From NCBI GenBank assembly GCA_964457185.1, contig CAYWEQ010000006.1, forward strand, positions 1 to 35,707: a stretch of 35,707 nucleotides of DNA, in the 5' to 3' direction. The translations under genes were made by a program, and so were the position numbers. Position 1 is the first letter of the stretch, and every line of letters begins with the position of its first letter. The DNA comes from an uncultured Rikenellaceae bacterium (GTDB lineage: Bacteria; Bacteroidota; Bacteroidia; Bacteroidales; VadinHA17). The notes under the pieces were generated by a model. That model saw only the letters and a list, made by a program, of their open reading frames with translations. It was not told where the DNA came from and searched no databases. Of the stretch, positions 17,481 through 26,362 are shown piece after piece.

Positions 17481-17531
17481 GCAAAGGAAAGCGCCAGACT
17501 TTATTGAACAAATGTCACAAAGCCTGACGCT
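17481..17531 (-). terminator. Probable intrinsic terminator downstream of the Yip1-like gene
   Basis: On the minus strand, a 13-bp stem pairs AGCGUCAGGCUUU with AAAGUCUGGCGCU (window coordinates 17519-17531 and 17490-17502). It has a 16-nt loop and is followed by UUCCUUU. Two of the pairs are G-U on the minus-strand RNA but C-A mismatches on the plus strand, which argues for minus-strand function. Confidence 0.45.
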
Positions 17532-17551
17532 GAATATGTTTGAAACCTGAG

Positions 17552-18202
17552 CTAATCTGTTTCTATATCCTCCAGAAGCTCTTTAAGATCTTTATTCTCA
17601 AACTCATCCAAAAACTTGGATGCTTTCTTCTTTACTCCCAGTCCAACCAGGAAAAACAATACCAGCAGGGCCGCCAGTATAATTGTTAAAATCTTTGAAC
17701 TTGCAGGTTTTGCCTTAAGTGCTTCAACCAGTCCATGATAAAGAAGATACAGAGCAAAAAGGTTGATCACCAGGCCGATAATTGAACCTGCCATCGAATT
17801 CAGTCCCGATACAAATCCGAGTAATGCACCGATGGGCATAATAACCATAACAGATGCTGTTACTCTTGTATTGGCTTCAAAATCGGTGCTCCCTTTGCAG
17901 ATTGCTGAAATAATGAGGAGAATTACTGCTCCTATGAACAGCCCGATAATGGCGCCGATGATGTACCATATGAACATCATGACACCTATTGCTCCTCCGA
18001 ATATGCCAACAGAACCACCAATCTTTAGGAGTCCCCAGATCAAGGCTATAATACCGGCCAACACTCCGTAGATCAACGCTTTGATAAGGGGTTCTGCAAT
18101 ACCTCCCGTAGTTTTCATTGTCGAGAAGTAAGATTTCGGTTTTACAAGGACATCAATAGTATCCTTGATAAAAGAATTAAAATTAAAGCTAGATTCGCTC
18201 AT
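17552..18202 (-). CDS. Yip1-family integral membrane protein
   Basis: 216 aa. A soluble N-terminal segment (FIKDTIDVLVKPKSYFSTM) is followed by five Gly-rich TM helices and an acidic tail. The layout is typical of the Yip1 domain family. This is a pattern-level call. Confidence 0.55.
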   Translation of the reverse strand: MSESSFNFNSFIKDTIDVLVKPKSYFSTMKTTGGIAEPLIKALIYGVLAGIIALIWGLLKIGGSVGIFGGAIGVMMFIWYIIGAIIGLFIGAVILLIISAICKGSTDFEANTRVTASVMVIMPIGALLGFVSGLNSMAGSIIGLVINLFALYLLYHGLVEALKAKPASSKILTIILAALLVLFFLVGLGVKKKASKFLDEFENKDLKELLEDIETD

Positions 18203-18386
18203 AAGTTTAAGATTAAAATGGTTAGAGTTATTTAACTATTCTTTGATCAGGTGTTTAAAACTCCAAGTTATGAAAAAATTCTTTCTGAGTGCTAAAATTT
18301 CAATTAAAAACAGATAAAATGATTCCGGATCTGGTCTAAATGATGACAAAAATGGATCTTAATATATTACATATTCTGTTTCCGGC

Positions 18387-20279
18387 TCACTCAAGGTAAG
18401 TATAGCCATACAGGCCGGACCGGTAGTTAGAGAGGAATTCCTTCCCCTCTTCCAGCGTAATTATGCCGCTCTTGACTGAAGTTGTCACCCATGTTTCAAC
18501 AGTCCGCACCATTTTTTTTGCATTGTACTGAACATAGTCAAGAACCTCTGCAACTGTTTCACCATCAATTACCTGGTCAATCTTATAACCATCTTCATCG
18601 ACTGAAACATGCACGGCATTTGTGTCACCGAACAGGTTATGCAGGTCGCCCAGTATCTCCTGGTATGCTCCCACGAGAAAAACGCCCAGATAATATGGTT
18701 CTTTACCTTTCAGAGGATGAACAGGAAGAAAATGGGGCGAGTTGCGGGTAGCAATGAAGTTGTCAATCTTTCCGTCGGAGTCACAGGTCATATCCTGGAT
18801 TGTGGCCGGTACAGTGGGCTCTTCATTCAGGCGGTGAATAGGCATTATCGGGAATATCTGGTCAATCGCCCAGGCATCGGGCAGCGACTGAAAGAGAGAA
18901 AAATTGCAGAAATATTTATCCGACAGTATCCGTGATATCTGCTTTAGCTCCTCAGGAACATGTTTGATACTGCTGACGATCATGAAGACTTTCCGGGCAA
19001 CGGACCAGAAAAGCCTTTCAATCTGGGCTCTGGTCTTCAGATCGATGAGCCCCAGGCTGAACCTGTCAAGAGCCTCTTCCCTTATCTGCTGTGCATCGTG
19101 CCATGTTTCAAGCATCCTCATCTGGTTGACATTTTCCCAGAGGGTAAATAGCTCCTTAACGAGTTCATGATCGTTATCATTTACTTCCTCTTCGGGATCC
19201 CATGATGACAGAGTTGCTGTTTCAAGGACTTCAAAAAGCAGAACTGAATGGTGAGCTGTAAGCGAGCGTCCCGATTCAGTTATTACATTCGGATGTGGTA
19301 TGTTGTTCTTGTTGCTTGCATCGACAAATGTGCTCACCGAGTCGTTGACATACTCCTGAAGTGTATAATTGACACTGCTTTCGCTGTTCGCTGATCCTGT
19401 ACCATCATAATCAACTCCCAGGCCCCCGCCTATGTCCACAAACTCGACATTAAATCCCAGTTTTCGTAATTGCACATAAAACTGTGAGGCTTCGCGCAGA
19501 GCTATTTTTATCCTTCTGATCTTTGTAACCTGGCTTCCAACATGAAAATGAATGAGACGGAGACAAGATCTCATCTTGTTTCTTTCCAAGAAGTCAACAG
19601 CATCCAGCAGCTCGCTTGATGTAAGTCCGAACTTGCTGTTATCGCCGCCTGAATCTTCCCACTTGCCGCTTCCCAAGCTTGCAAGCTTTATACGGATACC
19701 CAGGTTAGGTTTGACCTTCAGTCTTTTTGCTATTGAGGTGATGAGTCTGAGCTCATTTGGCTTTTCAACAACAAGGAATATGCGTTTACCCATCTTCTGA
19801 GCAAGAAGAGCCAGTTCAATATAATCCTCATCCTTGTATCCGTTGCAGATTATAAGCGATTCCGGATCAGTGTTGATTGCTATCACGGCATGGAGCTCAG
19901 GTTTCGATCCCGCCTCAAGACCTATGTTGAACTTCTTGCCATGACTGACTATCTCTTCAACCACCGGCCGCATCTGATTTACCTTGATAGGATAAATAAT
20001 GAAATTCTGGGCATTGTATCCGTATTCCTCGGAAGCCGACTTGAAGCATTTTGAGATGCTTATGATGCGATCATCAAGGATATCAGGGAACCTTATGAGC
20101 ATAGGTGTCGACACATCCGTAAGGATCAATTCGTCAAGCAGTTCCTTGAGATCCACCGAGGCTGCATCTTTCCTCGGGGTGACAGTTACATTTCCTTTTT
20201 CATTAATTGAAAAATAGTCTACTCCCCACCCGTTGACATTATATAACTCAGCCGAATCTTCAATACGCCATTTTCTCAT
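18387..20279 (-). CDS. speA: Biosynthetic arginine decarboxylase
   Basis: 630 aa. The SpeA N-terminus is W.IEDSAELYNVNGWGVDYFSINEKGNV. The PLP-Lys context is IYPIKVNQ, and GGGLGVDYDG is present. The length is correct. Confidence 0.95.
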   Translation of the reverse strand: MRKWRIEDSAELYNVNGWGVDYFSINEKGNVTVTPRKDAASVDLKELLDELILTDVSTPMLIRFPDILDDRIISISKCFKSASEEYGYNAQNFIIYPIKVNQMRPVVEEIVSHGKKFNIGLEAGSKPELHAVIAINTDPESLIICNGYKDEDYIELALLAQKMGKRIFLVVEKPNELRLITSIAKRLKVKPNLGIRIKLASLGSGKWEDSGGDNSKFGLTSSELLDAVDFLERNKMRSCLRLIHFHVGSQVTKIRRIKIALREASQFYVQLRKLGFNVEFVDIGGGLGVDYDGTGSANSESSVNYTLQEYVNDSVSTFVDASNKNNIPHPNVITESGRSLTAHHSVLLFEVLETATLSSWDPEEEVNDNDHELVKELFTLWENVNQMRMLETWHDAQQIREEALDRFSLGLIDLKTRAQIERLFWSVARKVFMIVSSIKHVPEELKQISRILSDKYFCNFSLFQSLPDAWAIDQIFPIMPIHRLNEEPTVPATIQDMTCDSDGKIDNFIATRNSPHFLPVHPLKGKEPYYLGVFLVGAYQEILGDLHNLFGDTNAVHVSVDEDGYKIDQVIDGETVAEVLDYVQYNAKKMVRTVETWVTTSVKSGIITLEEGKEFLSNYRSGLYGYTYLE

Positions 20280-20449
20280 GATCGGTTCTTTTGATCAGGT
20301 TATTGAATCATTAAAGATCAGAATATATTATTTTCCCTGCAATGTTATTAAAATAACATGAATATGAGACGGATTTGTGGGAATATTTGTAAGTGAGTCT
20401 TGCAGTCTGAAATTATTTGCAGAATTCACTGACTTTGATTTAATTGGTA

Positions 20450-20457
20450 TAAATTTG
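20450..20457 (+). promoter_or_regulatory. Candidate Bacteroidota -7 promoter box (TAAATTTG) for the GH53 gene
   Basis: Exact TAnnTTTG match 22 nt upstream of the ATG at 20480. By my rough estimate the motif alone occurs by chance about once per 2 kb per strand in AT-rich DNA. Position is therefore the main support. Confidence 0.4.
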
Positions 20458-20479
20458 TTTTTCATAAAAAGGCTAAAAA

Positions 20480-21541
20480 ATGAAAAGAATTAATTTCTCA
20501 GGAATTACCAGACATATCACAATCATTATTAGTGTACTCTTTACACTTTTTTCAACTGAAGCATCCGGACAGGAATATGCTATAGGGGCTGATCTCTCAT
20601 TTTTGAAGAGTGCAGAAGACAGAGACTTTGCTTTTAAGGAAAATGATTCCGCGAAACAGGGGCTATTGATTTTCAGGGATCACGGCTACAATTGGATCAG
20701 GCTTCGTCTTTTTCACACTCCGACAACTCTTCCCAACAACCTTGATTACACCATAAAACTCGCTAAGGAAGCAAAAGATCTTGGATTTAAATTTCTCCTT
20801 GATTACCATTATTCTGATACATGGGCAGATCCTGGCAAGCAGTATATTCCGAAAGCATGGGAAAAGATGTCTCATAAGGAACTGGTCAGGGCTGTATATG
20901 ATTATACGAGCGAAACAATCAGGGCTTTCAAAGATTCAGGTGTACTTCCTGAAATGGTACAGATCGGAAATGAAGTGATCAACGGGATGCTGTGGCCTGA
21001 CGGCAAGCTTCCTGAAAACTGGGATAATTTTGCTGAGCTTGTCAGGGCAGGTGTTGAGGGAGTATACGCCGGCAGCGGGCAAAATGATCGTCCTGAAATC
21101 ATGATACATATCGACCAGGGCGGAAATAAAGAGAAGACCAAGTATTTCTTTGACAAATTCCTGTCATACGGTATCGCATTCGATTATATTGGCCAGTCAT
21201 ATTATCCATGGTGGCACGGCACTCTCCTCGATCTCAGGAATAATATGATATTCATGTCAAAAGAATATAAGAAACCTGTTATACTTGTTGAGGTAGCATA
21301 TTGTTCCTCACCAACAGAATACAGGAATAAGCCTGCACCTTTCCCGGAAACGCCTGAAGGACAGAAAGAATTTCTTGATGAGGTCAATGATATTGTGCTG
21401 AACACACCTGACAATCTGGGTGTAGGAATTTTCTGGTGGGAACCTGCAACAATGGGAGGCAGGTCATCACGTGATTATTTTGATGAACAGGGAAATGTAT
21501 TGCCTGTGATCACTGTGTTTGACAAATGGACCAGGAAATAA
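20480..21541 (+). CDS. Arabinogalactan endo-beta-1,4-galactanase (GH53), secreted
   Basis: 353 aa with a signal peptide. GH53 motifs are GADLSFL, NWIRLRLF, DYHYSDTWADPGKQ, VQIGNEV (acid/base Glu) and ILVEVAY (nucleophile Glu context). Confidence 0.9.
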   Translation: MKRINFSGITRHITIIISVLFTLFSTEASGQEYAIGADLSFLKSAEDRDFAFKENDSAKQGLLIFRDHGYNWIRLRLFHTPTTLPNNLDYTIKLAKEAKDLGFKFLLDYHYSDTWADPGKQYIPKAWEKMSHKELVRAVYDYTSETIRAFKDSGVLPEMVQIGNEVINGMLWPDGKLPENWDNFAELVRAGVEGVYAGSGQNDRPEIMIHIDQGGNKEKTKYFFDKFLSYGIAFDYIGQSYYPWWHGTLLDLRNNMIFMSKEYKKPVILVEVAYCSSPTEYRNKPAPFPETPEGQKEFLDEVNDIVLNTPDNLGVGIFWWEPATMGGRSSRDYFDEQGNVLPVITVFDKWTRK

Positions 21542-21547
21542 ATGATT

Positions 21548-23176
21548 TCAGAAAGGGACAGTCATTAAATCTGTTTTATTGATGACCCTGTAAACGGGAT
21601 ACGGATTATATCCTGTTCCCCACTGCGGCACAAGGTAACGATCAAAGAAGTTCCATGTCATCAGACCATCATTCGACTCTGGTTCAAGCAGATATGCAGC
21701 AAGGTTGGCAAGAGGCTGTGATGTCCTTACAACAAGAGTCCCTGCAGAAAATTCAATATTCTCTTTGAGAAATTTCCCCTTTATTGTATTTGTATAATGG
21801 CCCTGGTTCAAACGGGCTGAACCTTTCAACCCGGTTATCTCAAATCTTTCAACTTCCATGTTTGAAGCGGCTGCCAGCTTTTCAATCCTTATCCCCTGGA
21901 TCCTGAGCAGATCGATTACTTCCTTATCACTGACAGTTATCAGATAAGCAAGAGGGAATTTTACACTCCGTCCGGGAAAGAAATCTATATAGTAAGGTAC
22001 AGTAACATCTTTCTGCCTGTCGGTCTTCCTGAATGGCGGCCACACTTCAGGATCCGATGAAGGCTCCACTTCATATGTTTTGATAGTGACCTTTTCAGGA
22101 AGAGGGCGGACTCCATATTCTACGGCAAATGAGTCTGTCACAGACGGATTATTTCCCCGCTCAATGGTTTTTACGTCAACCTCTTTCAACATTTTCTGTA
22201 TTTCATCCTTATGGAGTGACACATAATCACCAAGGGACTTTATTAAATAATAGCATCCCATTACACGCGATTTATAATCGGCATGAACATAATTTTCATT
22301 CAGGATTCCCAGCCTGTTACGAAGACCAAAATAATTGCTCATATACCTGGGATCCGAAGCGTCATAAAACCAGCCTTCCTCAGGTTTCATCATATTGTTG
22401 AATTCACCGTAGTAACAGTTTTCCACTTTGTATTTATTCAAAAGAGTAACTGACATTTCGGGGATCATTTTTTCGCGCATATAATGAATCAGTGAGTTGT
22501 CTCCATTCGGATTAACCATCCAGGTAAAGGTCACAGGCTCCACATGAAATGAACCATCTGTTGTATGGCAGTCCATGAATACTGCCGGATCCCATTTATT
22601 GAAAACATTCATAATGACACCCCTTACTTCGGGAGATTCGGCTTTCATCGCATCCCGGTTCAGGTCAAGGAATTGTCCGTTATACCTCACCCCTACACCA
22701 TTTAAGGGTCCGTTCTGGTTGGTCCTGTTCGCCTGACTGATCTTTTCATTACCGTCAGGGTTAAAGTTCGGACAAATCAACAGAACCATATCCTTCAGGA
22801 GTTCAGGATCCTTTTCAGAAAGAATATCCCTGGCGAACATCAGTGATGCCTCTTTTCCCTCAACCTCACCCGCATGAATATTTGCCTGAATGTATATGAC
22901 TATACGGCCGTCATTAATAAGCGGAGCCGGCGATTCCGGAAGAGGATTCCCTATTATCAGCAGCGGTACATCCCTCCCTTCAGTTGATCTTGCAATCGTT
23001 TCTATCCTGATGAATTTTGATGATTTCTTCAGTTGTTCAATAAAACTCATGACATCATTGTAATCTGATGTGGATTTGAAATCAGATTTTTCAGCAGTTG
23101 TAAGGAACTTACCCTGGCCAAGCAGATATAAACCTGATAACAAAATCACAATACAGGAAACAGAAAGTCTTTTCAT
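21548..23176 (-). CDS. M14-family zinc carboxypeptidase, secreted
   Basis: 542 aa with a signal peptide. The zinc motif is QANIHAGEVEGKE (HxxE), with a later MDCHTT His ligand context. The C-terminal beta-rich extension is typical of Bacteroidota M14 proteins. Confidence 0.8.
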   Translation of the reverse strand: MKRLSVSCIVILLSGLYLLGQGKFLTTAEKSDFKSTSDYNDVMSFIEQLKKSSKFIRIETIARSTEGRDVPLLIIGNPLPESPAPLINDGRIVIYIQANIHAGEVEGKEASLMFARDILSEKDPELLKDMVLLICPNFNPDGNEKISQANRTNQNGPLNGVGVRYNGQFLDLNRDAMKAESPEVRGVIMNVFNKWDPAVFMDCHTTDGSFHVEPVTFTWMVNPNGDNSLIHYMREKMIPEMSVTLLNKYKVENCYYGEFNNMMKPEEGWFYDASDPRYMSNYFGLRNRLGILNENYVHADYKSRVMGCYYLIKSLGDYVSLHKDEIQKMLKEVDVKTIERGNNPSVTDSFAVEYGVRPLPEKVTIKTYEVEPSSDPEVWPPFRKTDRQKDVTVPYYIDFFPGRSVKFPLAYLITVSDKEVIDLLRIQGIRIEKLAAASNMEVERFEITGLKGSARLNQGHYTNTIKGKFLKENIEFSAGTLVVRTSQPLANLAAYLLEPESNDGLMTWNFFDRYLVPQWGTGYNPYPVYRVINKTDLMTVPF

Positions 23177-23325
23177 CAGTAATAAATTTTAATACAGAAT
23201 AAAAGTAAAAATAATTTTACCGATCCCGTATGAACAAAATGCCATTCCTGATTGTTATAGGTTTTTATTTGAATATTTGAATATTAATAGTTATTTTAGA
23301 GCCCTTAATTTTAAAACATTACATC

Positions 23326-23520
23326 ATGAACAAAGGAACAGTAAAATTTTACAATGTGTCAAAAAGATTTGGCTTCATTAAGGATGCAGATTCGGACAAT
23401 GAATATTTTGTACACGCATCTGGTCTGATTGATAAGATCAAAGATAATGATGAAGTAACGTTTGAACTTGCAGAAGGTAAAAAAGGACTCAATGCAGTTA
23501 ATGTCAAACTGGCTCAATAG
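23326..23520 (+). CDS. Cold-shock domain protein (CspA family)
   Basis: 64 aa, GTVKFYNVSKRFGFI (RNP-1-like) and YFVHASG (RNP-2-like). Confidence 0.95.
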   Translation: MNKGTVKFYNVSKRFGFIKDADSDNEYFVHASGLIDKIKDNDEVTFELAEGKKGLNAVNVKLAQ

Positions 23521-23544
23521 ATAATTTAAAGGATTATCAGTAAG

Positions 23545-23572
23545 GCCGTCGAACCACGACGGCTTTTTTTTT
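23545..23572 (+). terminator. Intrinsic terminator of the cold-shock gene
   Basis: GCCGTCG (23545-23551) pairs with CGACGGC (23557-23563) across the loop AACCA. A run of nine T residues follows (23564-23572). Confidence 0.85.
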
Positions 23573-23574
23573 GC

Positions 23575-23607
23575 AAAAAAAACTTGCAGGACACAAGGAC
23601 CTGCAAG
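23575..23607 (-). terminator. Intrinsic terminator of the lysine-rich small ORF (minus strand), face to face with the csp terminator
   Basis: On the minus strand, CTTGCAGG pairs with CCTGCAAG (8-bp stem, plus coordinates 23600-23607 and 23583-23590) across a 9-nt loop. Eight U residues follow (plus-strand A run 23575-23582). Confidence 0.8.
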
Positions 23608-23647
23608 CATACAGACAGAAGCCGTCTATATAATAGTAACAGTTTCC

Positions 23648-23758
23648 TTATTTTTTCTTGGCGGCTTTCTTGGTCTTCTTTACAACGCGTTTTTCTTTCA
23701 AAGTCTTCTTAGGCGCTTTTTTAACTTTCGGTTGTGCTTTAGCTTTTGCTTTTACCAT
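23648..23758 (-). CDS. Unlisted 36-aa lysine-rich basic microprotein (histone-H1-tail-like)
   Basis: My own translation of the minus strand is ATG(23758)-MVKAKAKAQPKVKKAPKKTLKEKRVVKKTKKAAKKK-TAA(23650-23648). It has 17 Lys plus 1 Arg in 36 residues. A TAAATTTG promoter box lies upstream and a canonical terminator downstream. It falls below the ORF-track length cutoff. Confidence 0.6.
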   Translation of the reverse strand: MVKAKAKAQPKVKKAPKKTLKEKRVVKKTKKAAKKK

Positions 23759-23785
23759 AACTTATAATTTTTGATTAAACTCTAC

Positions 23786-23793
23786 CAAATTTA
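23786..23793 (-). promoter_or_regulatory. Candidate -7 promoter box (TAAATTTG on the minus strand) for the lysine-rich small ORF
   Basis: Exact TAnnTTTG match 28 nt upstream of the ATG at 23758, located between the pgl stop (23840) and the small ORF. Confidence 0.45.
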
Positions 23794-23839
23794 GAAAATT
23801 CATCAACACTATTTTATTAAGTTTTTAACAGTTGGATTG

Positions 23840-24571
23840 TCATTTGATAAACCTGCCTGATTCTTCATCAAGCAACCAGATCGTTTTTCCATGAACAGAA
23901 AAAATATTTGCAGCGGGAAACGTAACAGTATCCGAACTTTTGCTTATTATTTTATAAACGATATCAGACTTCTTTTCACCGGTTACAAGAAAAAATATTT
24001 CTTTGGAATTGTTAATAACTTTTCCCGTCAGTGTGATTCTAATTTGTCCTGAAACAGGATGAACAGAAGTACCACAAATTTTTTCACTTGAAAGCATTTC
24101 TGTATTCCCCGGAAAAATTGAAGCAGTATGACCGTCATCGCCAATGCCCAGGATCATGATATCAAATACCGGAAAGAATTTCCCCTTGCAAACATATTTC
24201 AAAATTTCTTCTGAATACCTTTCAGCTTCTCTGCCGGGATCATTCTCACCACGCATCCGGTGAATATTTTTCCGGGGGATTTTTATTTTATCAAGCAGAA
24301 ACTGTTTTGTCATACCAAAATTACTTTCAGGATCTTCAGGAGGAACACAACGTTCATCGACCCAGAAAAAATGAACATAGCACCAATCTAATGACTGAGA
24401 ATATCTTTCAGCAAGTACTGTAAATAAAATCTTTGGCGTATTGCCTCCGGAGAGAGCAATGTTCAAATATTCCTTTCCATCAGCAGCTTTTTTAATTTTA
24501 TCTGCCAGATCAACTGCAAAAGCTTCAGCAAGATCTTGCGGAGTTCGAAATATTATGTATGATCGTTTCAT
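23840..24571 (-). CDS. pgl: 6-phosphogluconolactonase
   Basis: 243 aa with motifs IALSGGNTP, WVDERCVP and LGIGDDGHTASIFP. It lies directly downstream of zwf. Confidence 0.9.
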   Translation of the reverse strand: MKRSYIIFRTPQDLAEAFAVDLADKIKKAADGKEYLNIALSGGNTPKILFTVLAERYSQSLDWCYVHFFWVDERCVPPEDPESNFGMTKQFLLDKIKIPRKNIHRMRGENDPGREAERYSEEILKYVCKGKFFPVFDIMILGIGDDGHTASIFPGNTEMLSSEKICGTSVHPVSGQIRITLTGKVINNSKEIFFLVTGEKKSDIVYKIISKSSDTVTFPAANIFSVHGKTIWLLDEESGRFIK

Positions 24572-24607
24572 TTGTGATGAACTCCAGTCACTTTAGTCGC
24601 TTCAAAC

Positions 24608-26134
24608 TTATAACTCACAATATAATCCGTCATCCGTAAGGTTCTTGCAAGGATATCGGTACGTCAGCCCGCAGCCTTCTATAAGATCGTTTGCATTAAC
24701 CGGACCCCACGTGCCTGCAGGATAGCCATATACCTTTATCTCAGGATTATTTTCCCATGCTCTCTGAATAGGTTCAATGAATTTCCATGCAGTTTCAACT
24801 TCATCATCACGCGAGAAAAGGGTTGAATCACCCAGCATTATATCGTATAAAAGTCTTTCGTAAGCGGATGGCACCCTGATATCAGCAAGGTCCTTATAAT
24901 GAAAATCCATATTCACGTTCTTGACATTAAAACCTGAACCCGGCTCTTTCATATCAAATTTAAGGAGAATGCCTTCATCCGGCTGTATCCTGATAACAAG
25001 CTGATTGGAAGTAAGTGCACCTTCAGGCCTTTGAAAAAGATGATGAGGAGTTCTTTTGAAATAAATCACAATCTCGGTTACCCTGGTCGGCATCCTTTTT
25101 CCTGTCCTGATATAAAAAGGGACACCTCCCCATCTCCAGTTATTGATAAAAAATTTCATGGCCATATATGTCTCGGTTCTTGAATCCCTGGCTACCCCGT
25201 TTTCAAACCTGTAGCCATTCACACATTCTCCCCGGATCGTCGAACCTGTATATTGCCCCCTTATGACCTGCTTCGGCACATCTGCTTCCCTTATCGGCTG
25301 AAGCGACTGGAAGACTTTAAGCATTTCATTCCTTATTGAATCCGGTTCCAGGGAAGATGGAGGTTCCATTGCAGTCAGTCCTGCCATCTGCAGAAGGTGG
25401 TTCTGTACCATATCCCTCAGAGCTCCGGATGAATCATAATAGCCTCCGCGCTCCTCCACTCCTATGCTCTCTGCTGAAGTTATCTCTACCCGGTGTATAT
25501 AGTTCCTGTTCCATAAAGGTTCAAAAATACCGTTGGCAAACCTTGTTACAAGCACATTCTGAACTGTCTCCTTACCGAGATAATGATCTATCCTGAATAT
25601 CTGATCTTCCGACATCAACCCATGGAGCTTCCGGTTGAGTTCCCTTGCTGATCCGATATCATACCCGAATGGTTTCTCAATGATGAATCTTCTGAATCCG
25701 TTTGCCTGATCTGCCAGCCCAGCTCCTGAAAGGTTTTCACAGATTACCGGGTACATGATTGGCGGAGTGGCCATATAGAATAGATAATTGCCGCATGTGT
25801 CACCTTCATTATCAATCTCAGAAAGCTTGTCCTTCAGCCTGTCGTAATCAGATGCAATATTATTATCCATGGAAATGTAAGACAGGTATCCGATAAATTC
25901 TTCTATTTGCTTCGAAGCAGGATCATTTTCTTCAGAATATAAAATTATGCTCTCTTTCATTTTCTTTCGGAAATCCTCATCTGATAATTTAGTCCGTCCT
26001 GTTCCCACAATCACCAGTTTATCAGGTACAAGCTTTTGCACTTTCAGCGAAAAAAGTGCCGGTATAAGCTTCCTTGATGTAAGATCGCCGGAAGCTCCAA
26101 AGATTACCAGGACAAGTTGTTCGGGATGTTTCAT
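24608..26134 (-). CDS. zwf: Glucose-6-phosphate 1-dehydrogenase
   Basis: NADP motif VIFGASGDLTSRKLIPAL, active-site RIDHYLGKE and EKPFG. I prefer the ATG at 26134 (MKHPEQL...) over the TTG at 26158 used by the ORF track. Confidence 0.95.
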   Translation of the reverse strand: MKHPEQLVLVIFGASGDLTSRKLIPALFSLKVQKLVPDKLVIVGTGRTKLSDEDFRKKMKESIILYSEENDPASKQIEEFIGYLSYISMDNNIASDYDRLKDKLSEIDNEGDTCGNYLFYMATPPIMYPVICENLSGAGLADQANGFRRFIIEKPFGYDIGSARELNRKLHGLMSEDQIFRIDHYLGKETVQNVLVTRFANGIFEPLWNRNYIHRVEITSAESIGVEERGGYYDSSGALRDMVQNHLLQMAGLTAMEPPSSLEPDSIRNEMLKVFQSLQPIREADVPKQVIRGQYTGSTIRGECVNGYRFENGVARDSRTETYMAMKFFINNWRWGGVPFYIRTGKRMPTRVTEIVIYFKRTPHHLFQRPEGALTSNQLVIRIQPDEGILLKFDMKEPGSGFNVKNVNMDFHYKDLADIRVPSAYERLLYDIMLGDSTLFSRDDEVETAWKFIEPIQRAWENNPEIKVYGYPAGTWGPVNANDLIEGCGLTYRYPCKNLTDDGLYCEL

Positions 26135-26354
26135 AGTTCGTTCTTTATTCAGGAACAAGTTATAGCTTTTTACTTCAATTCAAAAGTCTTCAGAAGATAC
26201 CTTTAAACAAATATTAGTGCCAGGATGATCCGACGCTTTATTCAGTTGATGAAATAATTAATCAGAAATTTATATTTATAATCCTTAATTAACAATTTTC
26301 TTGCTATTTGTTAATTTATTTATTTAAGAGATATAAAACTGAAAGAAAAGTTGA

Positions 26355-26362
26355 TATATTTG
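26355..26362 (+). promoter_or_regulatory. Candidate -7 promoter box (TATATTTG) driving the gltB leader
   Basis: Exact TAnnTTTG match 164 nt upstream of the gltB ATG. No other good box lies between it and gltB. Confidence 0.4.

Noticed and set aside
17535-17542. An exact TAnnTTTG box (TATGTTTG) on the + strand pointing into the antisense of the Yip1-like gene.
   Set aside because: By my rough estimate the motif is expected by chance about once per 2 kb per strand in this AT-rich DNA. There is no downstream + strand ORF or structure to give it meaning.
17470-17550. A 26-codon + strand ORF (MKSWQRKAPDFIEQMSQSLTLNMFET) in the Yip1/LtaS intergenic region.
   Set aside because: It coincides with the minus-strand terminator hairpin and has no supporting signals. 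It is probably fortuitous.
23840-26134. A zwf-pgl pair without an adjacent gnd (6-phosphogluconate dehydrogenase).
   Set aside because: Gene order in the oxidative pentose-phosphate cluster varies between lineages, and gnd can sit elsewhere in the genome. This is not evidence of anything unusual.
26135-26158. N-terminal extension of zwf from a TTG start (MFLNKERT...).
   Set aside because: The ATG at 26134 places the GASGDL NADP motif at the usual distance from the N-terminus. Nothing supports the TTG.
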